A stretch of DNA of 64,000 nt from contig JAXHMG010000003.1 of assembly GCA_034521595.1 (NCBI GenBank), positions 2,208,001-2,272,000 on the forward strand, in the 5' to 3' direction. Below, piece by piece: positions 19,375-29,152 of the stretch (position 1 is the stretch's first letter; each line of letters begins with the position of its first letter). A program made the translations under genes and the position numbers. The stretch is from Gemmatimonadota bacterium (GTDB taxonomy: Bacteria > Gemmatimonadota > Gemmatimonadetes > Longimicrobiales > Gaopeijiaceae). The notes under the pieces were generated by a model. It did not search any database. It was not told where the DNA came from and saw only the letters and a list, made by a program, of their open reading frames with translations.

Positions 19375-20025
19375 ATGGATTCATATGAGAACGGTTTTCA
19401 GTCTCATGCCCCTGCACAGCGCGATGAGCGAGTGTCCGGGAACGACCTTCGCCTCCTTCTCACGCTGCCTGGGCGACTCTGTAGCGCCCGCTGGGTCCGC
19501 GCCATCGAGTTCGCCAGGGTATTGGGACGGGCGTCCGCAGAGTACCTCGGCCCGCTGATCCGTGACGGGATCCAGGAAGGGCACCTTCCGTTCCTTCAGC
19601 CCGTTGTCTACCTCGAGATGATCGTAGTGTCCTCCGCTCCGGAGGGATTGGTCTCAGAGGAAGAGCTCCAGTCATGGCGCCGGGCGTTCGAGGACGGGCG
19701 AGCCGCCCGAGACCCCCGGGTCCAGGCGTTTGGAGCAGGACTCGCAGAACGCATCGCCGAACTCACGGCGTCCGTGCTTCAGCGCCGCAAGCTGCTGGCC
19801 CGCTATCTCGAGATCCCGCAGGCCTCGCTTTCCCTGTCGGGTATCGCGCCCGGCGGCGTCCCTGTCTTCATGGTGCGAGGAGAGTGCTTCCTCGTGACCG
19901 ACTCGGAGGAAGCGGAGGGTCTGGGGGCTGGAAGGATCCGGGCCCTTTGCGGCCACGACGGAAGGTCATGTGAGGTCGAGTCGTGCCCGTTTCTGGGCAT
20001 GCTGATCCACCGCTCGAGGAACTGA
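19375..20025 (+). CDS. Hypothetical protein, no recognisable family
   Basis: 216 aa ORF filling the gap before ffh, with TTGACA upstream at 19341; atypical codon usage. Confidence 0.45.
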   Translation: MDSYENGFQSHAPAQRDERVSGNDLRLLLTLPGRLCSARWVRAIEFARVLGRASAEYLGPLIRDGIQEGHLPFLQPVVYLEMIVVSSAPEGLVSEEELQSWRRAFEDGRAARDPRVQAFGAGLAERIAELTASVLQRRKLLARYLEIPQASLSLSGIAPGGVPVFMVRGECFLVTDSEEAEGLGAGRIRALCGHDGRSCEVESCPFLGMLIHRSRN

Positions 20026-20089
20026 GGGATCATCCCGGAACAGAGCTCTACGGCTCGACGGGCTACGATGCGAATCGCCGAGCGAGGAT

Positions 20090-21457
20090 CTACCGACCGG
20101 ACCGTAACCCCGGAAAGCCTCCCCCCATGCCGGGAATATTGGGCATGCCGCCGCCACCGCCCGTCATGCCCTTCATCTGCTTCATGAACTTCTGCATTTC
20201 CTTGAACTGCTTCATGAGCCGGTTCACCTCCGACACCGGGCGGCCGCTTCCCTTCGCGATGCGGGCGCGGCGCGAGCCGTTCAGGATGTCCGGGCGCTCG
20301 CGCTCCTCCGGGGTCATGGAGAGGATGATCGCCTCGACGTGCTTCATCCGCTTGGGATCCATGTTGGCGGCCGGGATCTTCATCTTCCCCGCCCCGGGAA
20401 TCAGCTTCATGAGCTGATCGAGCGGGCCCATCTTCTGAATCTGCCGCATGGCCACGAGGAAGTCCTCGAGGGTGAAGCGCCCCTTGCCGAGCATCTTCTT
20501 CTCGAGCTGCTCCTGCGCCTCCTCGTCGACCGTGGCCTGTGCACGCTCCACGAGACCGACCACGTCGCCCATCTGCAGGATCCGTCCGGCGAGGCGCTCC
20601 GGATCGGCCGAGTCGAGGTCGTCCACACTTTCGCCGACTCCCACGAACTTGATCGGCTTTCCCGTGACGCCGCGGATCGAGAGGGCGGCACCGCCGCGCG
20701 CGTCGCCGTCCATCTTGGTCATCACCACCCCGGTGATGCCGAGCGCGTCGTCGAAGCCCTGCGCGATGGTGACGGCTTCCTGACCCGTCATCGCGTCGGC
20801 GACGAGGAGGATCTCGTCGGGCGTCACGGCTTCCTTGACCCGCCGGAGCTCGTCCATGAGCGCCTCGTCGATCTGCAGGCGACCGGCCGTGTCGACGATG
20901 ACGACCCCGTGTCCGTTCTCCTTCGCGCTGTTCCGGGCCTGCCGCGCGGCTTCGACGGGATCGCCCTCGAACGAGCCCGAGACCACCGGCACGTCGATCT
21001 GGCGCCCCAGCGTCTCGAGCTGCTCGATGGCGGCGGGACGTTGGAGGTCGCACGCGGCGAGCATGGGGTTGCGGCCCTCGCGGTCGAGCCGGCGAGCCAG
21101 CTTCGCGGCGGACGTCGTCTTCCCGGAGCCCTGCAGCCCCACGACGAGCACCACGACGGGGCTCTTGGCCCCGGGGGCCAGCGAAGGACGCCCCTCGCCG
21201 AACAGGTTGGCGAGCTCGTCGTGAACGATCTTGACGATCTGCTGGCCCGGCGAGACCGCCTTCAGCACGTCCTCGCCGAGGGCCTGCTCCTGCACCCGAG
21301 CCAGGAAGTCTCGCGTGACCTGGAAGTTGACGTCGGCCTCGAGGAGCACGCGACGAACCTCGCGGAGGCCTTCCTTGACCATGGCCTCGTTGAGCACGCC
21401 CCGCTGTCGGAGCTTCTTGAGCGCGTCGTCGAGCTTGGAGCTTAATTCGTCGAACAT
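20090..21457 (-). CDS. ffh: Signal recognition particle protein
   Basis: GLQGSGKTT, DTAGR, TKMDGDARGGAALS and a Met-rich M domain (SRRARIAKGSG). Confidence 0.98.
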   Translation of the reverse strand: MFDELSSKLDDALKKLRQRGVLNEAMVKEGLREVRRVLLEADVNFQVTRDFLARVQEQALGEDVLKAVSPGQQIVKIVHDELANLFGEGRPSLAPGAKSPVVVLVVGLQGSGKTTSAAKLARRLDREGRNPMLAACDLQRPAAIEQLETLGRQIDVPVVSGSFEGDPVEAARQARNSAKENGHGVVIVDTAGRLQIDEALMDELRRVKEAVTPDEILLVADAMTGQEAVTIAQGFDDALGITGVVMTKMDGDARGGAALSIRGVTGKPIKFVGVGESVDDLDSADPERLAGRILQMGDVVGLVERAQATVDEEAQEQLEKKMLGKGRFTLEDFLVAMRQIQKMGPLDQLMKLIPGAGKMKIPAANMDPKRMKHVEAIILSMTPEERERPDILNGSRRARIAKGSGRPVSEVNRLMKQFKEMQKFMKQMKGMTGGGGGMPNIPGMGGGFPGLRSGR

Positions 21458-21568
21458 GTGGGGCTTGGGATCGGTGGTCGAGCTACCGAGCGGCCGGGCA
21501 GGCGTCCGCTCCGAGGTGCCCCAAGCTACCCGGACGAAAGGGGTCGCTCAACGGACCCCGCGGAGCCG

Positions 21569-22012
21569 CTACTTCCTGGCCCGCTGGCCGGCCACGTAGT
21601 CGCGAAGCACACCCGCTTCCGTCTCGAGCTGTTCGAGCCGCTGCTTGACGAGGTCCCCGACCGAGATGACGCCCGCCACGCGCGTGCCGTCCATGACGAC
21701 GAGGTGGCGGAGCCGCTCGCGCGTGAGACGGGCCATCACGTCGCGAATGGAGTCGTCCGCCGCGCACATGGGGGCGGGCCGCCGCATGATCTCCGAGACC
21801 GGCGCGTTGCGGATGTCCTTCCCGTGCCGGTCCACCAGGCGCACGATATCCCGTTCGGACACGAATCCGGCAAGATTGCCCTCGGAGTCCACGACCGAGA
21901 GGCCACCGACCCCGCGCTCCATGAGCAATCTCGCGGCGGCGGCCGTGGTCGCGGACGGGGAGATCGACACCACGCCGGCGGGTTTTCGGTTCAACAGCTC
22001 GCGCACGCGCAT
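21569..22012 (-). CDS. CBS domain-containing protein
   Basis: GFVSERDIV and RLRHLVV...GVISVGDLVK tandem CBS pair. Confidence 0.9.
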   Translation of the reverse strand: MRVRELLNRKPAGVVSISPSATTAAAARLLMERGVGGLSVVDSEGNLAGFVSERDIVRLVDRHGKDIRNAPVSEIMRRPAPMCAADDSIRDVMARLTRERLRHLVVMDGTRVAGVISVGDLVKQRLEQLETEAGVLRDYVAGQRARK

Positions 22013-22143
22013 CGGGCCTCCTCCTTCCGTCACGGTGGGGCTCTCTGGTGCCGACCGGGCCCGGGGGTGGCGCGGGCCCTCGGCTACCGTTTCAATACCC
22101 TGAAATCAGTCCGGGGTCCCACCGAACACCCACCACGGTTCCG

Positions 22144-22647
22144 ATGCACGCGCTCTACGTCACCTCCGTGTTCCTCCACGTCCTGGCGGCCATCGTCTGG
22201 ATCGGCGGGATGTTCTTTCTCGTCCTCGTCGTGGTCCCGTGGCTCCGGAGCGGGAACCGCGCCGTGGGCAGCAAGATGCTCCGCGACACGGGAATCCGGT
22301 TCCGGAACGTCGGGTGGGCATGCTTCGCCGTGCTGCTCGGCACGGGAATTCTGAACCTGGGACTGCGGGGCGTCGGATTCGCACACTTCGCCCGGCCCGG
22401 GTGGCTCACGTCTCCCTTCGGGCGCGCGGTCCTGTTGAAGATCGGGCTCTTCGCCGCCGTCCTCGTCGTGAGCGCGATCCACGACTTCGCCGTCGGGCCG
22501 CGCGCGACACGCGCCATGGAAGCGGACCCGGCTGGTCCCGAGGCCCTGCGGCTACGTCGCGCGGCGTCCTGGCTCGGGCGCTTGAACGTCCTTCTCGCGC
22601 TGGGCCTGATCTTCCTCGGGGTCGTGCTGGTCCGCGGATGGCCGTGA
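22144..22647 (+). CDS. CopD/DUF4149-like membrane protein
   Basis: LHVLAAIVWIGGMFF and SAIHDF..GPRA; 4 TM segments. Confidence 0.75.
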   Translation: MHALYVTSVFLHVLAAIVWIGGMFFLVLVVVPWLRSGNRAVGSKMLRDTGIRFRNVGWACFAVLLGTGILNLGLRGVGFAHFARPGWLTSPFGRAVLLKIGLFAAVLVVSAIHDFAVGPRATRAMEADPAGPEALRLRRAASWLGRLNVLLALGLIFLGVVLVRGWP

Positions 22648-22678
22648 CCTGGGCGTCACGAGGCCTGCCGCCGCGGCC

Positions 22679-24934
22679 TCAGGGAGACTCGGCGTCCGTG
22701 GCTTCCGGCTCCTCCGTGTCTTCGAGGGTCTCGAGCACCTGGCTCCATTCGAACCCGTCGCCGATCCCGCGCACGTAGTAGTCCATCCACGCCATCTCGC
22801 TCACCGACTTGAGCAGCCGGTTGCGCCGGTCCGGGATGCCGTGACTCTGCCCGGGATACATGAAGAGCTCGGTCGGGACCTCCAGCTTCTTGAGCGCCAT
22901 GTGGAGCTCGACGGACTGTGGGCTCGGCACGCGGGGATCCCCTTCCACCACGTGGATCATGGTCGGTGTGCTGGCGTTCGCGATGTACTTGAGCGGTGAC
23001 TGCTCCCAGTACGGCTCGAAGTTCTCGTAGAGGAAGTCGTCCCCGATGTAGAACCGGCGGTTCCGCTGGACGTCGCTCTGCGCGTACATGCTGATCCAGT
23101 TCATGGTGCCGGCGCCCGAGCTGATCGCCTTGAAGCGGTCGGTCTGCGTGAGGATCCAGTTGGACCAGTGCCCGCCGGCGCTCCATCCCAGGGCACCCAT
23201 GCGATCGCCGTCCACGATGCCTTCGTCGATGAGGTGGTCGACGCCGGTCATGATGTCCTCGTAGCCGAGCGTGAAGTAGTCGGCGACGATGTCGGTCCGG
23301 TGCTCGTTCCCGTAGTTCCTGGAGCCCCGGTAGTTCGGCTTGAGCACCGCGTAGCCGGCACCGGCATACACCTGGGAGCCATAGCCGTCATTGAAGCTGA
23401 GCACGTCGGCGGAAGCCGGACCGCCGTGGATGGACACGATGAGCGGATATCGCCGGCCCTCCTCGTAACCCACCGGGAGGTTGAGCACGCCCCCCACGGT
23501 CTTGCCATCCGTGGACGTCCACTCCACCTCCATCTCCCGACCCAGGGCGATATCCTCCTCGATCCACGGATTCGCGTTCACGAGCCGGGTCCAACGCGAA
23601 CGGTCCGCCACCATACCGATGTCGTCGACGGTGAAGACGGTCCGCGGCATCTCGGGGTCGGTATAGTCGATGAGCAGCACCCCGGAATCCTCGTCGCGGT
23701 CGACGGAGAGCGACGCCCGCTCCTCGGTGACCTGGCGCACCGTGCCGTCGTCCACGTCCACGGCATGGAGCTGGCGGGTCACCTTCACACCGGTCGTGAA
23801 GTAGATCGTCTCGCCGTCCTCGGACCAGAAATCCACGTCCAGGCTGTTGTCGAAATCCGCGCCCAGCTTGCGGAACGACCCGCCCCGGTCCTCGACCTCC
23901 CGGACGTAGACCCGGTCTTCGGTCATCGAGTAGCCGTCCAACTCGTCCGGTGCGGAGAAGGCGATCCACCGACCGTCCGGCGAGAAGCTCGGGGTGCTCT
24001 CGCCGACCTCGTAGTTGTCGAGCAGGCGTTCGACCTCCCCGGTGGCCACCTCGAACAGGTACGGATCCGCGTAGAGCCGCGCCCCGGTGATGTTGCGCTC
24101 GTAGCGCTCCGGCGAGCCGCCCCGGAACGAGATCCAGTCGCCGTTCGGCGACACCTCGAAGTCGTCCACGCTGAAGCTCGGGTCGTCGGTGAGGCGTTCC
24201 TCGGCGGGGCCAGCCACCTCGACCACCCAGAGGCTCGACAAGGGCGTCTCCTGATTCTTCACGTCCACCGTGAAGCCTTCCTCCCTCCGCCGATGGTCGG
24301 CCTCGTCGAAGGCGTTCGGGCGCGTGAAGTAGATGCGCGGGCGGTCTGGAGCCCATTCCCAATCCTCGACGCCGGCCTCGCCGGAGGTCAGCCGTTCCGG
24401 GGTCGCATCCGGCGGGAGGTCACCCGGGAGCCGGTAGAGCTGCTCCCGCCCTTCCTCACCGCTCCGGTACGCCAACCAGCGCCCGTCCGGGCTGAACTCG
24501 AAGTCCGACACCCCGTGCTCGGCTTCCGTGATCCGGCGAGCCTCGCCCCCGTCCGTCCGCATCACGTAGAGCTGGCGTCCGCTCAGCTCCGGGAGCTCCG
24601 CGTCGCGATCGGAGGAGAACACGAACGAAGCCTCGCCCGGAGCCCAACCTGGCCGATCCTCGTCGTGCTCCTCGGTGAACGTGAGGCGACGGCTCGACGG
24701 AACCCCTTCCGACAGCGACACGAGGTGGATGTCGGACTGCGCCGCGTCCTCCTCCCAGTCGGGCGTCGTGACGGTATAGAGCATCCATGCACCGTCCGGG
24801 CTCGGAGTCCACGACCCGGCGCTGCGCATCTCCTGCACGTCGAGGAAGGTGAGCGGGCGTTGCTGCGCTTCGACAGGGACGTGAACCGCGACGAGCGCGA
24901 GGGCCGCGGCAGCGCGGAGAAGGGACCAAGGCAT
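22679..24934 (-). CDS. S9 family peptidase (secreted, beta-propeller plus alpha/beta hydrolase)
   Basis: Signal peptide, PD40-like repeats, IHGGP, NYRGS, GWSAGG, DPRVP and YPGQSHG. Confidence 0.94.
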   Translation of the reverse strand: MPWSLLRAAAALALVAVHVPVEAQQRPLTFLDVQEMRSAGSWTPSPDGAWMLYTVTTPDWEEDAAQSDIHLVSLSEGVPSSRRLTFTEEHDEDRPGWAPGEASFVFSSDRDAELPELSGRQLYVMRTDGGEARRITEAEHGVSDFEFSPDGRWLAYRSGEEGREQLYRLPGDLPPDATPERLTSGEAGVEDWEWAPDRPRIYFTRPNAFDEADHRRREEGFTVDVKNQETPLSSLWVVEVAGPAEERLTDDPSFSVDDFEVSPNGDWISFRGGSPERYERNITGARLYADPYLFEVATGEVERLLDNYEVGESTPSFSPDGRWIAFSAPDELDGYSMTEDRVYVREVEDRGGSFRKLGADFDNSLDVDFWSEDGETIYFTTGVKVTRQLHAVDVDDGTVRQVTEERASLSVDRDEDSGVLLIDYTDPEMPRTVFTVDDIGMVADRSRWTRLVNANPWIEEDIALGREMEVEWTSTDGKTVGGVLNLPVGYEEGRRYPLIVSIHGGPASADVLSFNDGYGSQVYAGAGYAVLKPNYRGSRNYGNEHRTDIVADYFTLGYEDIMTGVDHLIDEGIVDGDRMGALGWSAGGHWSNWILTQTDRFKAISSGAGTMNWISMYAQSDVQRNRRFYIGDDFLYENFEPYWEQSPLKYIANASTPTMIHVVEGDPRVPSPQSVELHMALKKLEVPTELFMYPGQSHGIPDRRNRLLKSVSEMAWMDYYVRGIGDGFEWSQVLETLEDTEEPEATDAESP

Positions 24935-25065
24935 GAAGACCTCCCGACGGCGGAAACAGGATCACCCGCGCAGGCTTGCGCTCGGCGCGGACATACCGAC
25001 ATGGTGCAACATCCCGGCGAGCGTCGCCAGCCGGTCCACCGCTCACACCCACTCGGAGCCGCCCC

Positions 25066-25236
25066 GTGGGCATCCTACTCTTCGTGCTCCTCGCCGCTCT
25101 GGTCGCCACCTACGGCTTCTGGGATACTCTGTCCGCCCTCCTCGGAGCCGCAGGGATCGTCGTGCTCGTGGTCGTTCTCGCCGGCACCGCGCTCGGCGTC
25201 GCCGGATACGTGATGCTCAAACGGCGACGCGGGTAG
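25066..25236 (+). CDS. Small 2-TM membrane protein (56 aa)
   Basis: GGAG RBS plus GTG; two hydrophobic helices and a basic C-terminus. Confidence 0.6.
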   Translation: MGILLFVLLAALVATYGFWDTLSALLGAAGIVVLVVVLAGTALGVAGYVMLKRRRG

Positions 25237-25307
25237 CGCCCCCACTCACTCGGCCCGGAGCGCCTCCATCGGATCGACGCTGGTGGCCCGGAGGCCGGGC
25301 ACCCGCC

Positions 25308-25766
25308 TCAGCGGTGCTCGAGCCGCTCGCGGCACGCATCGGCCAGGACGCCCGACACGACCTCCGGAGGCTCGCCCCATCCCGTGAAGCGTGCGTCCAC
25401 GAGCACCGGATGGAGCCCGTCCACACTTCCGACCTCACCGGCGCCGACGCCGAATACCACCCTGGCGATGCGGGTGGCCCGCACGGCGTATGCGCAGAGC
25501 ACGCAGGGCTCGACGGTCGTGTAGAGGGTCGCGCCGGACAGGTGCCGTCCTTCGGTAGCATCACACGCCGCCCGGATCGCCTCGACCTCGGCATGGGCCG
25601 CCGGATCGTAGGTACGACGCACCCGCTCCCGGCCGGCGCCGATGGGCACGCCGTCCGCGCTCACCACCAGCGCCCCCACGGGTGTCTCACCCTCGGCCCC
25701 GGCCTCGGCGGCGAGGTCGAGCGCCACCTGCATCCACCGCTCGTCGCTTGGATATCGGTCCTTCAT
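25308..25766 (-). CDS. Zn-dependent nucleoside deaminase (TadA-like)
   Basis: ETPVGA, DPAAHAE and TVEPCVLC motifs. Confidence 0.88.
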   Translation of the reverse strand: MKDRYPSDERWMQVALDLAAEAGAEGETPVGALVVSADGVPIGAGRERVRRTYDPAAHAEVEAIRAACDATEGRHLSGATLYTTVEPCVLCAYAVRATRIARVVFGVGAGEVGSVDGLHPVLVDARFTGWGEPPEVVSGVLADACRERLEHR

Positions 25767-25983
25767 CTCGCACTCCATGTTCCGGCATGCCCCAGGGCCG
25801 AAAGGTCGTCGAGGCACGGGTCGTCTCGGAACCTGCTTTCGCCGTAGCGGTTATGAGCTAACGGTCGGGAGGACGGTGGCGGACCGCTCCGCCACAAGAC
25901 GACACGGCCGCCCGATCCGCGCGATAACGTGTTGGCAAACAGCAACATATGGCAGCATTCGTCGATCGGTGCTGCATGGTTGA

Positions 25984-27921
25984 ATGCCCATGTCCGAGGA
26001 ACGCAAACGGATCACCGACCTGATCCATTCCGACCGCCAGAAGCGTGACCAGGAAGCGTGGAAAGGAACCTTCCTGGACTACCTCGACCGGGTCCGGGAA
26101 GACCCCTCGATCGCCCGACTCGCCCACGAGCGGTTGCACCGCGTGATCACCGAGCACGGCGTGGGCGACATCCGGGACTCCGACGACCCGCGCACCCGAA
26201 AGGTCTTCGGCGACCAGCCGGTGAAGGTGTACGACTTCTTCAGCGACAGCTTCTTCGGGATCGAGCGCCCCATCGATCACATCGTGCGCTACCTCCACTC
26301 CGCGGCGCTCCAGGGCGAGGAATCCCGGCAGGTCCTGTGCCTCATCGGGCCGGTCGGCGCCGGGAAGAGCTCGCTCGTGGCCCGGCTTCAGGAGGGCCTG
26401 GAGCAGAGCGATCCGGTGTACGCGATCGAGGGGTGCCCCATGGCCGAGGAGCCGCTCCATCTGATCCCCAACGAGCTCCGTGAAGAGTTCGAGGAGATGC
26501 TCGACGTCCGCATCGAGGGCGAGCTTTGCCCGATCTGCCGCTTCCGGCTGCAGGAGGAGTTCGAGGGCCGTTACGAGGACGTGCCCGTCACTACGGTGCC
26601 GTTCTCCCGTCACCAGCGACGGGGCATCGGCGTGGTGCCCCCCGTCGATCCGAACAACCAGGATACGTCGGTGCTGATCGGCTCCGAGGACATCTCCAAG
26701 CTCGACCGGTACTCCGAAGGCGACCCGCGCGTGCTCGACCTCAACGGTGCCTTCAACGTCGGCAACCGCGGCATGACGGAGTTCATCGAGATCTTCAAGA
26801 ACGAGATCGAGTACCTCCACACCATCATCACGGCGACCCAGGAGAAGTTCATTCCGGCGCCGGGCCGGCACGGCACGGTGCACGTGGATACCGTGATCCT
26901 CGCGCACTCCAACGAGGCGGAGTGGCAGCGCTTCAAGGGGGACCACACGAACGAAGCGATCCTCGACCGGCTCGTGGTCGTGAAGGTCCCCTACAACCTC
27001 CGGCTCTCCGAGGAGGTGAAGATCTACCAGAAGCTCCTGGAGCAATCGAGCTTCGAGGCGCACGTCGCGCCCCACACGCTCGAGGTCGCCTCGATGTTCG
27101 CGATTCTGACCCGTCTCGAGGAGACCAACAAGAGTGACCTGATGACGAAGCTGCGCCTGTACAACGGCGAGGAAGTGGTCGAGAAGGGCAAGACGGTGAA
27201 GCTCGATCCCCGAGAGCTGCACGAGGAGTCTCCCCGGGAGGGCATGGACGGCGCCTCGACCCGGTTCATCGCCAAGGCACTGGACGCGACGCTCGCGAAC
27301 CATCCCGAAGGCATCAACCCGATCAACCTCCGCGAGACGCTCGTCCAGATGGTGAAGTCGGCCGATCTCTCCGACGAGGCACGGAAGCGCTACCTCGAGC
27401 TTCTCCAGGACACCGTGCACAAGGAGTACCTCTCGATTCTGGAGAAGGAGATCACGAAGGCGTTCGTCCACTCGTTCGAGGAGCAGGCCGAAACCCTGTT
27501 CCAGAACTACCTGGATCACGCCGAGGCCTTCGTGAACCGGAGTCGGGTCAAGGACAGCAGCACCGGCGAGGATCTCGAGCCGGACGAGGAGTTCCTGAAG
27601 TCGGTCGAGGAGCAGATCGCGATCGTCGGTTCGGCCGCCGAAGGCTTCCGGCAGGAAGTGATGGCCTACCTCTGGGCGGCCAGCCGCCGGGGCCAGAAGG
27701 TGACCTATACCTCGTACGAGCCCCTGCACGAAGCGATCGAGAACCGTCTGATGAGCTCCGCCCGGGAGATGAGCCGGGTCATCACGAAGGCCCGTACCCG
27801 GGACGAAGAGCAGCGGGAGAAGTACGACGATCTCGTCCAAGCGCTCGTCGACCGCGGTTATGACGAGACCTCGGCCGAGATGGTCCTCCGGTACGCGGCG
27901 AACAACCTCTGGAAGGACTGA
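25984..27921 (+). CDS. prkA: PrkA/YeaG family AAA+ serine protein kinase
   Basis: GPVGAGKS, GCPMAEEPL, NRGMTEFIEIFK and NEAILDR; first gene of the prkA-yeaH-spoVR trio. Confidence 0.93.
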   Translation: MPMSEERKRITDLIHSDRQKRDQEAWKGTFLDYLDRVREDPSIARLAHERLHRVITEHGVGDIRDSDDPRTRKVFGDQPVKVYDFFSDSFFGIERPIDHIVRYLHSAALQGEESRQVLCLIGPVGAGKSSLVARLQEGLEQSDPVYAIEGCPMAEEPLHLIPNELREEFEEMLDVRIEGELCPICRFRLQEEFEGRYEDVPVTTVPFSRHQRRGIGVVPPVDPNNQDTSVLIGSEDISKLDRYSEGDPRVLDLNGAFNVGNRGMTEFIEIFKNEIEYLHTIITATQEKFIPAPGRHGTVHVDTVILAHSNEAEWQRFKGDHTNEAILDRLVVVKVPYNLRLSEEVKIYQKLLEQSSFEAHVAPHTLEVASMFAILTRLEETNKSDLMTKLRLYNGEEVVEKGKTVKLDPRELHEESPREGMDGASTRFIAKALDATLANHPEGINPINLRETLVQMVKSADLSDEARKRYLELLQDTVHKEYLSILEKEITKAFVHSFEEQAETLFQNYLDHAEAFVNRSRVKDSSTGEDLEPDEEFLKSVEEQIAIVGSAAEGFRQEVMAYLWAASRRGQKVTYTSYEPLHEAIENRLMSSAREMSRVITKARTRDEEQREKYDDLVQALVDRGYDETSAEMVLRYAANNLWKD

Positions 27922-29147
27922 TGGACGGGTCGGACTCCGGCACGGTCTTCCGCGACTACTCCGAGTCGGACGCGGTGCGCTCGGACCGGAGCGCCGGCGA
28001 CCGGCATCGGCACCGCCAGAAGGTGCGCGAAGCGATCCGCGAGAACATCGCCGACGTGATCGCCGAGGAGTCCATCATCGGCCGAAGCGGCGACCGGATG
28101 GTCAAGGTGCCGATCCGTGGGATCCGCGAGTACCGGTTCGTCTACGGTCCGAACACACCGGGCGTTGGAGCCGGCGAAGGAGACACCGAGCCTGGCGACC
28201 GTGTCGGCAAAGCGCGCGAGCAGGGCGAGGGCGACGAGCCGGGTCCCGCGGGCGATCGCCCCGGGGTGGACCACTACGAGACCGAGATCTCACTCGAGGA
28301 CCTCGTCGACATCATGTTCGAGGACCTCGAGCTCCCGGAGATGGAGCGGAAGCGCTTTCGGGAGATTCCGACCGAGACGCAGCGCAAGCGCAAGGGCTAC
28401 CGCCGCTCCGGCGTCCGTGTGCACCTCGACAAGCGCCGCACGATGAAGTCCCGCATCCGCCGCAAGGTCGCCCGCTCGGGCGAGGCGTCCGCCACGGAGC
28501 GCCCGGAGGTGGAGGACCCGGATGCGGAGCGCTTCCCCTTCCACCGTGAGGACCTGACGTACCGGCGGATGGTCCGCGACGAGCGGCCGCACTCGAACGC
28601 CGTGGTGCTCTGCATCATGGACACGTCGGGCTCGATGGACATCATGAAGAAGTACCTGGCGCGCAGCTTCTTCTTCCTTCTCTACCAGTTCGTGCGGACC
28701 CGCTACCGGAACGTCGAGCTGGCGTTCATCGCGCACCACACCGAAGCGCGCGAGGTCTCGGAGGAGGAGTTCTTCCACAAGGCCGAATCCGGCGGCACGC
28801 GCATCTCGTCGGGCTACCACAAGGCGCTCGAGATCGTGCAGGAGCGCTACCATCCCTCCCTCTGGAACGTGTACGCGTTCCACTGCTCGGACGGGGACAA
28901 CTGGCCGGACGACACGGAGGAAGCCCTCAAAGCGGCCGAGGAGCTCTGCGACGTCGCTAACCTCTTCGGGTACGGCGAGATCAAGCCGCTCAACTCCCGG
29001 CACTACGGAAGCAGCCTGCTCGAGGACTTCGAGACGCTCGACGCGCCGAACTTCCAGACCGTGAAGATCGAGCGGAAGGAAGACCTCTGGCCGAGCTTCG
29101 AGCGCTTGCTCTCCCGTGAACGGACGGGAGCGCCTCAAGGGGGGTAG
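27921..29147 (+). CDS. yeaH: YeaH/YhbH (DUF444) vWA-like protein
   Basis: AVVLCIMDTSGSM, ESGGTRISS and YAFHCSDGDN. Confidence 0.92.
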   Translation: MDGSDSGTVFRDYSESDAVRSDRSAGDRHRHRQKVREAIRENIADVIAEESIIGRSGDRMVKVPIRGIREYRFVYGPNTPGVGAGEGDTEPGDRVGKAREQGEGDEPGPAGDRPGVDHYETEISLEDLVDIMFEDLELPEMERKRFREIPTETQRKRKGYRRSGVRVHLDKRRTMKSRIRRKVARSGEASATERPEVEDPDAERFPFHREDLTYRRMVRDERPHSNAVVLCIMDTSGSMDIMKKYLARSFFFLLYQFVRTRYRNVELAFIAHHTEAREVSEEEFFHKAESGGTRISSGYHKALEIVQERYHPSLWNVYAFHCSDGDNWPDDTEEALKAAEELCDVANLFGYGEIKPLNSRHYGSSLLEDFETLDAPNFQTVKIERKEDLWPSFERLLSRERTGAPQGG

Positions 29148-29152
29148 GCGGT

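Noticed and set aside
25308-25766. Assigning the gene symbol tadA
   Set aside because: The catalytic motifs are present, but the TadA-typical D-x-K-x-GA loop and C-terminal FF helix are not evident
25920-25983. Sigma-54 promoter before prkA/yeaG
   Set aside because: The TGGCA sites lack a GC at the required 10-nt spacing
25858-27840. Long antisense or alternate-frame ORFs (e.g. 660 aa opposite prkA, 4292-6028, 13013-14944, 23168-25213, 47542-50025)
   Set aside because: Shadows of real genes caused by high-GC codon bias; no motifs of their own
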